Assembly (NCBI GenBank): GCA_963704145.1
Contig: CAVPHB010000006.1
Coordinates: 502,208 to 566,207, forward strand
Origin: an uncultured Chloroflexia bacterium
Lineage (GTDB): Bacteria > Chloroflexota > Limnocylindria > Limnocylindrales > CSP1-4
DNA length: 64,000 bases
Direction of reading: 5' to 3'
Positions 20,857-30,785 of this stretch are shown here, piece after piece. The notes beneath the pieces were generated by a model that had not been told where the DNA came from, did no database searches, and saw only the letters and a list, made by a program, of their open reading frames with translations. A program made the position numbers and the translations under genes. Within the stretch, counting starts at the first letter, position 1, and each line of letters opens with the position of its first letter.

Positions 20857-22068
20857 TCATGCCAGCAGCCGCGTGTACAGCGCTTCGAGGCGCGTGACGA
20901 CGGCGCTGGCCATGAACTCCGGCGCCCGTCGCCGCGCAGCGTCGGCCATCGCGGCGCGCTGATCGGGGCGCTCCAGCATCCGGCGCATTGCGCCGGTCAG
21001 GGCGGCGACGTCGCCTGGCGCGGTGAGCACGCCCGACTCGCCGTCCGCCACCAGGTCGGGCAGCCCGCCGGTGTGCGAGGCGATGAGCGGCACGCCGCAG
21101 GCCATCGCCTCGATCGCGACGGTCGGACAGGGATCCGGGAAGAGCGACGGGACGAAGCCGACTGAGCTGCGCCGCCAGGCAGCCATCACCGCTGCGTGGG
21201 GCAGGTCGTGCAGCACCACGACATCGGGCGGCACGATCTGCGGGCCGTCGGCGGAGGGGCGGCCGATGAGCACCAGCGGCGGCGCGTCGGCGACCTGCCG
21301 GTACGCCTCGAGCAGAACCGGCACCCCCTTGTGGCGCGACAGCGCCCCCACGTACAGCCAGAACGGCTGGTCAGGCAGGCCGGCGAGGGCAGGGTGCCGG
21401 GCATCGGTCGCGTCGGCAACGCCGTCGGGCGCGAAGTTGGGGATCACCTCGAACGGGACGCGCTGTCGCTCGAGCTCGTTGCCGCGGGCGACGGCGGCGC
21501 TGACCGGCACGAACATGTCCACGGCACGCAACAACGGCCGGCGCATCGTCGAGTTGGCCAGCGTGATCACCGTTCCGCGCCCCGCACCGTAGTTGGCCGC
21601 GGCGCAGCGCAGGCATTTGGCCAATGCCGGGCCGCTGCACTCGCGGTCGCGGTAGAGCAGGCTTCGCTTGGCGCACATGACGCCATAGTCATGCAGCGTC
21701 AGCACCAGCTTCGCGCCGCTGCGGCGCTTGAGCGGCAGGAAGGAGTGCACCATCCAGTTGTGGGCGTGAACCAGTTCCGGGCGCTCGCGTGCGACGATCG
21801 CGCGCAACGCCCACGCAACCGCCGGATCGGGGAACGGGGGCAGATAGGGACGGCCGCTGGGCAGCAACGCCGACGCCCGCTGGATCGCGCTGCGCAGACG
21901 GTGCACGCGCATGCCGTCCTCATCCGTGGTCGTCGGCTGTCCCGGCCCCACGGTCGCGACCGACACCTCGTGGCCGCGCTCGACCAACGCGCGACTCAGG
22001 TTGCGCACGTGCTGCTCCGATCCGCCGATGTAGGGCGGGTAGAGCTCGCTCAGCATCAGCACGCGCAT
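20857..22068 (-). CDS. GT4-family glycosyltransferase
   Basis: MRVLMLSELYPPYIGGSEQHVRNLSRALVERGHEV...; C-terminal ...GVPLIASHTGGLPDLV. Start taken at the internal Met (ORF runs 20857-22125). Its start shares one base with the upstream gene's stop. Confidence 0.8.
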   Translation of the reverse strand: MRVLMLSELYPPYIGGSEQHVRNLSRALVERGHEVSVATVGPGQPTTTDEDGMRVHRLRSAIQRASALLPSGRPYLPPFPDPAVAWALRAIVARERPELVHAHNWMVHSFLPLKRRSGAKLVLTLHDYGVMCAKRSLLYRDRECSGPALAKCLRCAAANYGAGRGTVITLANSTMRRPLLRAVDMFVPVSAAVARGNELERQRVPFEVIPNFAPDGVADATDARHPALAGLPDQPFWLYVGALSRHKGVPVLLEAYRQVADAPPLVLIGRPSADGPQIVPPDVVVLHDLPHAAVMAAWRRSSVGFVPSLFPDPCPTVAIEAMACGVPLIASHTGGLPDLVADGESGVLTAPGDVAALTGAMRRMLERPDQRAAMADAARRRAPEFMASAVVTRLEALYTRLLA

Positions 22069-23192
22069 CAGCCGGCAAGTGCCTGACGATAGACGTCGAC
22101 CAGCCGGCTGGCGCATTCGTCCCACGTCGGCAGCTGGAAGTCGGTTGGGGGTGGCGTCGACAGCTGCTCCTCGATGGCCGCGGCAATCACCGGTCCGGTG
22201 CTCGCGAGCGGGATCGCCCGCGCCAGTCCGCGCCGGGCGAGTTCGCTGAGGCCCGAGGTATCGGCCACCAGCACTCGCCGGCGCAGCGCAAGCGCCTCCA
22301 TCACCGCCACCGGGTTGGCCTCGTACTCGCTCAGCAGCGCAACCAGGCTGGCGCCGGCCAGCGCGGCGGCCATGCCGCCCCGGTCGGACGGATCGATGCT
22401 CCCGATCTCGATCCTCTCGCCCACGCCCGACTCGTGCGCCAGACGCCGCAGCTCCCGGTCATAGGGCCCCGCGCCAACGATGCGCAGCCGCGCGCCGGGA
22501 ACGCGGGCGAGCAGGTGCGGCAGCGCCTCGATCAGCCGGTGATGGCCCTTGTAGCGCTCGAGCCGGCCGACCGACAGGATGAGCGGCGAGCTGTCATCGC
22601 TCGTCGAACCGGTCGCCGGCCAGGCCATTGCCGCGCCGTTGGGAATGGTCACGAAACGCGTCTCCGGCAGGCGCAACTGGCGCGCGAAGAACGCGGCCTC
22701 GAAGTCCGACACGGCGATCAGCCCCCGTGCGCGCGCGAGCAGCGGTCGCAGGGCGCGCCGCTGGCCACCGCGCAGGCGGGTGCGCACCAGCGAACCATGG
22801 CCGCCGCTGTGGAAGGTCAATACGAACGGCACGCGCGAGCGAACCGCGGCCAGCATGGCCAGCGGCGGCACGAACGTGTGGTAGCCCTGGCAGTGGACCA
22901 GGTCCCAGCCGCCCCGAGTGATGGCGCGATACACGCCCGGCGCCAGGTACCAGTCGCGGCCGGCCGGCCAGGCGCCGACGCGCAGCGCAGGCACCCCGTT
23001 CAGGTCGTCGCGCCGGGCCAGTCTGCCGCTCCGATCGGTGGTCAGGATGGTCACGTCGAAACCGGCCGCGGCGACGCGTGGCGCGACCTCGTGCACGTGC
23101 GTCTCCACGCCGCCCATCACCGGATAGGCGTTGGCTGACACCATCACCACGCGCGGCGCGCGACGCGCGACCCGCTGCTCCCCCTTGCTCAT
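22068..23192 (-). CDS. GT4-family glycosyltransferase
   Basis: RVVMVSANAYPVMGGVETHVHEVAPRVAAAGFDVTILTTD...LLSEYEANPVAVMEALA. Intact 374 aa. Confidence 0.8.
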   Translation of the reverse strand: MSKGEQRVARRAPRVVMVSANAYPVMGGVETHVHEVAPRVAAAGFDVTILTTDRSGRLARRDDLNGVPALRVGAWPAGRDWYLAPGVYRAITRGGWDLVHCQGYHTFVPPLAMLAAVRSRVPFVLTFHSGGHGSLVRTRLRGGQRRALRPLLARARGLIAVSDFEAAFFARQLRLPETRFVTIPNGAAMAWPATGSTSDDSSPLILSVGRLERYKGHHRLIEALPHLLARVPGARLRIVGAGPYDRELRRLAHESGVGERIEIGSIDPSDRGGMAAALAGASLVALLSEYEANPVAVMEALALRRRVLVADTSGLSELARRGLARAIPLASTGPVIAAAIEEQLSTPPPTDFQLPTWDECASRLVDVYRQALAG

Positions 23193-23321
23193 CGTCGATC
23201 AGGTTAGCCGGTCAATCGGCCGCTGGCCGGGGTAGGCTTGGCGTTGCGGTGCCGCCTGTCGACACCGGCCGGCGGCCCATGGCGCCGACATCGCGGACAG
23301 GGAAAGGAGAGGCAGCGCCTG

Positions 23322-24035
23322 GTGCAGGCGATCATCCTCGCCGGCGGGGCGGGCACGCGGCTCCGGTCGCTGATCAGCGACGTGCCCAAGTCCATGGCCC
23401 CCGTGGCCGGCCGACCGTTCCTCGAGTATCTGCTCCATCAGCTGCGGCGCGACGGCTTCACGCGCGTGGTGCTCTGTGCCGGGCACCTTGCCCCCCAGCT
23501 GCGCGAGCATTTCGAGCTCGGGCTGCGCTGGGGCGTGGAGATCGAGTACTCGGTCGAGCAGGAGCCGCTCGGCACGGGCGGTGCGCTGCGGCTGGCCCTG
23601 CCGATGCTGCTCGGCGATCGCTGGCTGGTGATGAACGGCGATTCCCTGTTCGACGTCTCGCTCGCCGGCCTTGTCGCGACGCATCGGCAAGCCTCAGTGC
23701 CGGCCACGCTGGGCCTGGTGCGCGTCGAGGACGCCGGCCGCTACGGCAGCATCGAGACCGCCGCGGACGGGGCGGTCACGGCGTTCGTCGAGAAAGCCGA
23801 TGCGGCCGGGCCGGGCCTGGTCAACGGCGGCTTGTACGTGATCGAGCGCTCGACGCTCGAGCTCATCCCGGAGGGTCGGCCGGCCTCGCTCGAGCGTGAG
23901 GTGCTGCCGCGGTTGGTCGGGCGAGGCCTGCGCGGCGTCGTGCTCGACGGCTTCTTCATTGATATCGGCGTGCCCCATGACTACCTGCGCGCCGAGCGCG
24001 CTGAGGCCTTCCGCCGCCTTGCCCAGACGGCCTGA
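23322..24035 (+). CDS. hddC: D-glycero-alpha-D-manno-heptose 1-phosphate guanylyltransferase (sugar nucleotidyltransferase)
   Basis: GTG start 23322 after GGAAAGGAGAGG. QAIILAGGAGTRLRSLISDVPKSMAPVAGRPFLEY...LVMNGDSL...GLYVIE is the NTP-transferase fold. The 23238 ATG looks like a spurious extension. Confidence 0.7.
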   Translation: MQAIILAGGAGTRLRSLISDVPKSMAPVAGRPFLEYLLHQLRRDGFTRVVLCAGHLAPQLREHFELGLRWGVEIEYSVEQEPLGTGGALRLALPMLLGDRWLVMNGDSLFDVSLAGLVATHRQASVPATLGLVRVEDAGRYGSIETAADGAVTAFVEKADAAGPGLVNGGLYVIERSTLELIPEGRPASLEREVLPRLVGRGLRGVVLDGFFIDIGVPHDYLRAERAEAFRRLAQTA

Positions 24036-24635
24036 TCAGGCCGCGCCGAACAGGGCCGCCTCGACCAGCTCGCTCCAGATGTGGCCGATCATGATGTGCG
24101 CCTCCTGGATGCGCGGCACGTCGTCGCTCGGGACGCTGACCCAGTGATCGACCAGCTCGCGTGCCCGGCCGCCACTGGCGCCGGTCAGTGCCACGCTGGT
24201 CATGTGCAGCTCGCGCGCCGCACCCAGGCCGGCGATGACGTTGGCCGCGTTGCCGCTGGTCGAGATCCCGACGGCCACATCGCCCGGTCGGCCGAGCGCC
24301 CGCAGCTGGCGGGCGAAGACGGCCTCGAAACCGTAATCGTTGCCGATCGCGGTCAGCGCCGACGTGTTGACCGTCAGCGCGTGGGCAGCGAGCGCCGGCC
24401 GCTCGAGGTAGTAACGGCCCAGGAACTCGGCCGCGATGTGCTGGGCATCCGCCGCGCTGCCGCCGTTGCCGAACAGGAACATGGCGTGCCCGCTGCGGTA
24501 GGCCTCGATCAGCACGCGCGCCACCGTGGTGCACGCATCGAGATCGGCCAGCAGCGCCTGCTTGGTGGCGATGCTCGCTTCGACCTGGCGCCGGAACTGC
24601 TCGTTGAGCCGGTCCGGCTCATCTGCCTTCGGCAT
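24036..24635 (-). CDS. gmhA: D-sedoheptulose 7-phosphate isomerase (SIS domain)
   Basis: FLFGNGGSAADAQHIAAEF...AVGISTSGNAANVIAGL...HIMIGHIW. Its stop abuts the hddC stop inside the palindrome GGCCTGATCAGGCC. Confidence 0.85.
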   Translation of the reverse strand: MPKADEPDRLNEQFRRQVEASIATKQALLADLDACTTVARVLIEAYRSGHAMFLFGNGGSAADAQHIAAEFLGRYYLERPALAAHALTVNTSALTAIGNDYGFEAVFARQLRALGRPGDVAVGISTSGNAANVIAGLGAARELHMTSVALTGASGGRARELVDHWVSVPSDDVPRIQEAHIMIGHIWSELVEAALFGAA

Positions 24636-24729
24636 CAGGCGATCAGGGCACTCTTCGACACCGGCCGAGTGTAGCGGCGGGCCGCTGCGGTCATCGCCGC
24701 GAGCGCGGCGCCCCTGCTACGCGCCCCTG

Positions 24730-26417
24730 CTACGCGCCGGTTGCGCGCCGGCGCAGACCTTGAACAATTGCCGCCGTCTCGCCCGCGCTGACACCCAGCC
24801 GGCCAAGCGTGTAACGCGCCATCTCCAGGGCGACTTCGGTCTCCGCAACAACGATCTCACCCACTCCCTCGCGCTGGAGCAGGTCGCGCTCTGAGCTTGT
24901 CCTGGCGCGGGCGATGATCGGGATGCGTGGATGCTCGTGGCGGACGTGGTGCACTACCTGCTGCAGCGCGATCGGATCGGGCACGGTGACGACGACCACC
25001 TGTGCGTGGGCGAGCTCGGCGCGGACGAGGTTGCGCGGGTTCTCGGCCAAGCCCTGGACGACCGGTATCCCGCGCTGGCGAAGGTCGCGACAGATGCGCG
25101 GGTCGACCTCGATGACCAGGAACGGAAAACCGCGCCGCTCGAGTGCCGCGGCGACCAGCCTGCCCACCCGGCCGTAGCCGCAGATCACGGCGTAACGCCG
25201 CGCCGGACTGGCCGTAGAGGCATGCGGGATGTCAGGGCCCGGCCCGCGGCCGAGGTCGATCGCGCGCAGCACCCTGGGGGCCAGCTGCTGTAGGGACGGC
25301 GCCAGGGCGATGCTCACGCCGGCCGACGCAAGCATCAGGCTGAACATCTGATCGCCCACCGCCCCTGATTCGACGCCCAGGCGGGCCAGCAGGAACGAGA
25401 ACTCGCCCGACTGGGCGAGGGCCACGCCGGCCAAGACGGCGGTTCGGCCGGGGACGCCGAAGACGATAGCTCAGGCCGGCCACAACGACGCCCTTCGCGG
25501 CAATCACCAGTACGACGGCGATGACGACCAGGAGGGCCGCGCCAACCACGAAGCCGGGGTCGATCAGCATCCCGACCGAGACGAAGAAGAGTGCCCGCGA
25601 AGACGTCGCGCAGCGGCGCCAGCTCGCCCAGGATGTGGTGGCTGATCTCCGATTCGCTGACCAGCAGGCCCGGCCAGGAAAGCGCCCAGCGCGAGCGAGA
25701 GACCGAAGAACTCGGATAGGTAGGCAGTGCCCAGCGCGATGGCCACGATGCTGAGCACGAAGACCTCGCGGTTGTGCAGGAGGGCCAGTCGCTCGAACAG
25801 CCAGGGCAGAACGCGCAGGCCCAGCGGCAACAGGATGGCGATGAAGAGCGAGCGCCTTGCCCAATGCGACGAGCAGACCCCTCACCGAGGTCGCCTCCCC
25901 GCGCGAGCGCGGCCAAGAAGAACGACAAGCACGATCGTCGACAGATCCTGGAGGGTGGCCCAGCCCAGGGCAATGTGACCGTGCGAGGCGTCGAGCTCGC
26001 CCCGCTCGCCCAGCATCTTGGCAATCACGGTGCTCGACGACATCGCTGATGAAACGCGCCGAAGAAGAGCGCCTCGAAGTGCGGAAGCCGAGCGCCAGCG
26101 GCGACCACGTAGCCGATTGCGACATGACGATCACTTGCAGCGATCCGCCGACGATGGCCACTGTTCGGACGCGCACGAGGTCACTCAGCGAGAGCTGCAG
26201 TCCAATCGCGAAGAGCAGGAAGACGAGGCCCAACGTCGGCCAGCGCCGCGACCGTCTCCGCCTGCGACACGGGTCCGGCCGTGTACGGCCCGATGAGCAC
26301 GCCGACCACGACGTAGCCGAGGATGGCCGATTGACCCAGGCGCACGGCAATCGCCGCGCCGATCGTGGCGGCGATCAGGGCCAGCGCGATCGTGACCAGG
26401 AGTCCGGTGTCGGTCAT
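24730..26417 (-). pseudogene. Kef-type (CPA2) K+/H+ antiporter with C-terminal RCK/TrkA-N domain, at least 4 frameshifts
   Basis: N-terminal TM core MTDTGLLVTIALALIAATIGAAIAVRLGQSAILGYVVVGVLIGPYTAGP (start 26417). Internal TM fragments are in frames 25232-26350, 25335-26024 and 25564-25830. C-terminal AVICGYGRVGRLVAAALERRGFPFLVIEVD...VVVTVPDP (24730-25434). Confidence 0.7.
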
Positions 26418-26499
26418 CGGCGCCTTCAGTGGGCCGGCACCTCGCGGCGAGCGATCGCCATCGTAACCCGCGCTGAGTGCGCTGGCTAGACTTTGCGAG

Positions 26500-28185
26500 A
26501 TGGCCAAGCAGCAACCAGCGCACGGCGGCGCCGACCTGCTGGTCGAATGCCTCGAGGCCGGAGACTGCGAGTACGTCTTCTCGGTGCCCGGCGAGGAGAC
26601 GATGGACGTGCTCGACGCGCTGTCGCGAGTCGCCGAGCGAGTCCGCCACATCACCACCCGCCACGAGCAGGGCGCTGCGTTCATGGCCGACGTCTACGGC
26701 CGCTTGACCGGCCGCTGCGCGGTGGCCATGGCGACCCTCGGGCCGGGTGCGACGAACCTCGTCACGGGCATCGCCGACGCCTATCCTGGACCACGCGCCG
26801 ATGGTCGCGCTGACCGGCCAGGTCGGCTCCGACAAGCTCCACAAGGAGGCGCATCAGTTCGTCGACATCGTCGACATGTTCCGGCCGGTCACCAAGTGGA
26901 ACGCGCGCGTCGAGCGGATCGACGCGATCCCCGAGATCGTGCGCAAGGCCTTTCGCGTCGCCCAGCTCGAGAAGCCCGGGCCGACGCATATCGAGCTGCC
27001 CGAGAACCGCGCTGCGATGCCGCCCGAATCGGGCGCTCGACCCAGCCGCTGGTGCCGCGGCCGTTGTTCTTTCCCGAGCCGACCGACGAGGCAATCGCCA
27101 GCGCGGCGCGGCTGATCGAGTCGGCCACCCGGCCGCTGATCCTGGCCGGCAACGGTGTCCTGCGCCGCCGCGCCGCCGAGCAGCTGCGCACATTCGCGCA
27201 GCACGTTGCACATCCCGGTTGCGGTCACGTTCATGGGCAAGGGCGCCATCGACGACCGCGACCACCTCTCGCTGATGGCCGTCGGCCTTCAGGCGCGCGA
27301 CCACGTGCTGACCGGCTTCGATCGCGCCGACCTGGTCATCTGTGTCGGCTACGACCCGGTCGAGTACGCGCCGTTGCGCTGGAACCCGGACACGAGCAAG
27401 CGGATCGTGTCGATCGACACGCAGCCGGCCGAGGTCGACGCCAACTTCCGTCCACTGGTCGAGCTGGTCGGCAACATCGACGGCAGCCTCGAGCGCCTGC
27501 TCGCCGCGGTGGCCACGCGTCCCGCGGCCGACCAGCTCGAGGGCCACCTCGATCTGCGCGAGGCGTTGCTGGCATGAGCTGCACGTCAACGAGCACGACG
27601 ACGGCTGGCCGATCAAGCCGCAGAAGGCGATCTTCGACCTGCGCCGGGCGCTCGGACCGAGCGACATCGTGATCAGCGACGTGGGCGCGCACAAGGTCTG
27701 GATGGCGCGGCTGTACCAGGCCTACGAGCCGAACACGGTCATCATCAGCAACGGCTTCGCGGCGATGGGCATCGCGCTGCCCGGCGCGATCGCGGCGAAG
27801 CTCGTCCACCCGCAGCGCAAGGTGGTGGCGCTGGCCGGTGACGGCGCCTTCCTGATGAACAGCCAGGAGCTCGAGACGGCCAAGCGCATCGGCACCGCCA
27901 TCTGCGTCGTGGTCTGGCGCGACGACGGCTACGGCCTGATCGACTGGAAGCAGCGCAACGAGTTCGGCCGGCCGTTCGGCGTCGAGTTCGGCAACCCGGA
28001 CCTGGTCGCCTACGCCGAGTCGTTCGGCATCGCCGGCTTCCGTCCGTCGTCGGCAGCGGATCTCTACCCGACGCTGATGCGCGCGCTCGACGCACGACGG
28101 GCCATCGGTCGTCGACGTGCCGATCGACTACCGCGAGAACCTGCGCCTGACCGAGCGGCTGGGCATGCTCGCCACGGACGGTTGA
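26500..28185 (+). pseudogene. Thiamine-pyrophosphate enzyme of the acetolactate synthase (AlsS-like) family, at least 3 frameshifts
   Basis: DLLVECLEAGDCEYVFSVPGEETMDVLDAL...HEQGAAFMADVYGRLTG...TLGPGATNLVTGIADAY. Then MVALTGQVGSDKLHKEAHQFVDIVDMFRPVTKW. Then VAVTFMGKGAIDD. Then ALAGDGAFLMNSQELETAKRIGTAICVVVWRDDGYGLI. Ends ...RENLRLTERLGMLATDG with TGA at 28183-28185. Confidence 0.7.
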
Positions 28186-28213
28186 GTCGCGCCCACCCGA
28201 TAGACTCGCGACG

Positions 28214-29138
28214 ATGGAAACCCGGCGCCCGCTCAAGGTCGGTGTCCAGCTGCCCGAGGTCGAGCGCGAGGTGCGCTGGCCGGAGGTGCGCGAGATGGCG
28301 CGACACGCCGAGGCAGGTCGGCTTCGATTCGCTGTGGGTCGGCGATCACCTGCTCTACCGCCGCGACACTCGACGACGTCGGCCCGTGGGAGGCTTGGTC
28401 GACCCTGGCTGCGTTGGCCGAGGCGACGATCACGCGTCGAGCTCGGGCCGCTGGTCGCCGCGACGAGCTTTCACAACCCGACGATGCTGGCCAAGAAGGC
28501 GGCGACGGTCGACGAGATCAGCGGCGGTCGACTGATCCTGGGCCTGGGCGCAGGCTGGAACGAGGCCGAATACGACGCCTATGGCTTCCCTTTCGACCGA
28601 CGCGCGCAGCCGCTTCGAGGAAGCGTTCACGATCATTCGCACTCTGTTGCGCGAGGGCAGGATCGACTTCGCGGGTGAGTTCTACACGGCCCGCGATTGC
28701 GAGCTGGTGCCGCGCGGCGCCACGTCCGGCAGGGCCCACCGCTGATGATCGGCTCGATCGGCGCGCGGATGGTGCATCACCGCGCCATACATGGACTCCT
28801 GGAACGCCTGGCACGACTGGTTCGGCAATACACCTGACGGCTCGCTGCCGCTCCTCGCGGCGCGTAGACGACGCCTGCGCGCGCGGCCGGCCGCGATCCC
28901 CGAGGTCGAGCGCACGGCGACGGTGCTGGTCCAGCTGACCGGCGGTAGCGGCCGGCGTCGGCTCGCGTAACCGAACGCTCGACGCCGGCCCATGACGGGC
29001 TCGCCCGAGCAGATCGCCGCGGCTCTGCGCGGCTATGCCGCGGTCGGCATCGGCCACGTCCAGCTGGTGCTCGACCCGATCACGGTCGGTTCGATCGAAG
29101 AGTGCGCGCCCGTCCTCGAGCAGCTCGACCGCGGCTGA
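28214..29138 (+). pseudogene. LLM-class (luciferase-like) flavin/F420-dependent oxidoreductase, at least 2 frameshifts
   Basis: LKVGVQLPEVEREVRWPEVREMARHAE..GFDSLWVGDHLLYR. ...LGPLVAATSFHNPTMLAKKAATVDEISGGRLILGLGAGWNEAEYDAYGFPFD. C-terminus AVGIGHVQLVLDPITVGSIEECAPVLEQLDRG*. Confidence 0.65.
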
Positions 29139-29320
29139 CGTTTCCGCTGACAGTGTGATCCTGCCGCCGATCGTCCAGAGCCTGCCCTTCGTCGCCTGGA
29201 TCATCTCGGCGACGCTCGGCCTTCGGCAGTCTTCGCGTTCGTCGCGCTGACGCGGCAACTGACCGACGCAACGCGCGGCTACCTGGACTTCGACGAGCCG
29301 TCTTTGCCGCGCTCCTGGCG

Positions 29321-29992
29321 TTGCTCGCGTTGGCGATCGACAACGGGCTTACCGCGACGGCCGATCTCGTCATCAGGTCCGCCCGCGCCGACCTTGATCC
29401 GGCTCCGCCGAGCTCGGGTTGCTCGCCTTCGCCGTGCTGGCCCTCGCGTACGTCTTCGCTTTACGCGGCCGGCTGTCGATCGTGCTCGTGGCCATCGGCC
29501 ACGCTGGCGCCGCGGCGGTCGTCCTGGCAGCGGCCGCGTTCGGCTGGGCGCCGTCGGCCGTCGACGGCGTGCCGCTCGTCGTCCAGCTGCGCGTGCTATC
29601 GCTCGCGACGGGCGGATCGTTGGCCGCGATCGTGCTGGGTCACTGGTATCTGGTCACGCCCAAGCTCTCCGAGCAGCCGCTCATCCTCCAGTCACGACTG
29701 TTGCTGGGTATGATCGGACTGCAGGTGCTGCTGTTCATCGTCTGGACGACGCTGGGCGGCGGCCCCGGCCAGGGGGCCTTCGAGCGTTCAGCGGCGCCAC
29801 CATCCTGCTCGTCATGCTTCGCCTGCTGGTCAGCCTGGTCTTCCCGCTGGTGCTCGTCTGGATGGCGTGCGCACGGCGCAGACGCGGTCGATGGAGTCGG
29901 CCACCGGGCTGCTGTACATCAACCTCGCGGCGGTCATGGCGGGCACCATCGGCGCCGCGGCGCTGTACGTGTCGAGCGGTCTGCTCGTCTGA
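29321..29992 (+). pseudogene. Integral membrane protein of unknown function, frameshifted; start uncertain (29272-29321)
   Basis: LAFAVLALAYVFALRGRLSIVLVAIGHAGAAAVVLAAAAFGWAP...IVLGHWYLVTPKLSEQPLILQSRLLLGMIGLQVLLFIVWTTLGG, then FSGATILLVMLRLLVSLVFPLVLVWMA and ...GLLYINLAAVMAGTIGAAALYVSSGLLV*, each in a different frame. Confidence 0.5.
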
Positions 29993-30004
29993 GGATGGCT
30001 GCCG

Positions 30005-30764
30005 ATGCGCGTGACGGTCCGCCTTTCGCCATGCTCCGCCAGCAGGCCGGCTGGCGCGAGCGCGAGATCGAGCTGCCCGCCGATGCGTCGATCGACGACG
30101 CGTGGCAGTCGCTCGGTCGGCCTGCGCCCGCGCTCGCGCCGTCGCGCGACGTCGTCCGTTTTGCGCGCAACCGCGCAGTACGCGCGCGTCCGACGAGCCG
30201 CTGGCCGACGGCGACGAGCTGGCGCTCATCCCACCCGTTGCCGGCGGTGCGCTGAGCGGCCTGCTGCGCTGCGAGATCCACGGCCGGCCCGATCGACGAC
30301 GACGCTGCTGGCCGAGCTGCGCGCAACGCGTGCCCACCGCCGGCCGACGGCGCACTGGTCCTGTTCGTGGGCCAGACGCGCGAGACCCCGGGCACACCCG
30401 CGCCGGGCGAGGAGCAGCAGGCCGCGCTGCATGCCGGCGAGCGTGTCGACGGGCCTCGAGTACGAGGCGTTCGACGAGATGGCCACTCGACGTCCTGCGC
30501 GCGATCGGCGACGAGATCGAGCAGCGCTTCGGTGTGCGCCGACTGGCGATCATCCATCGGACCGGGCGCGTTGCGCTCGGCGAGCCGAGCGTCGTCATTG
30601 CCGCCGCCGCGCCGCATCGCGCCGCGGCCTTCGACGCCTGTCGCTACGCGATCGAGGAGCTCAAGGCGCGCGCGCCGATCTGGAAGGCCGAGCACTATGC
30701 CAGCGGGTCGGTCTGGATCGGGGCGCCGGCCCGCGATCGGCCGGCCGAGCCCGGCCAGGACTGA
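30005..30764 (+). pseudogene. moaX: MoaD-MoaE fusion (MoaX-like molybdopterin synthase, sulfur-carrier plus catalytic subunit in one reading frame), at least 3 frameshifts
   Basis: MRVTVRL-FAMLRQQAGWREREIELPADASIDDAWQSL...DEPLADGDELALIPPVAGG is MoaD with its C-terminal GG. With no stop it continues into MoaE: GALVLFVGQTRETPGTPAPGEEQQAALHAGERVDGLEYEAFDEMA...RRLAIIHRTGRVALGEPSVVIAAAAPHRAAAFDACRYAIEELKARAPIWKAEHYASGSVW. Confidence 0.65.
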
Positions 30765-30785
30765 GCGGCCGACAGGGGGAGATCG

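Noticed and set aside
24730-26417. Separate TrkA (RCK) gene and several small membrane-protein genes
   Set aside because: The pieces are collinear parts of one Kef-type antiporter broken by frameshifts. They are annotated as one frameshifted gene.
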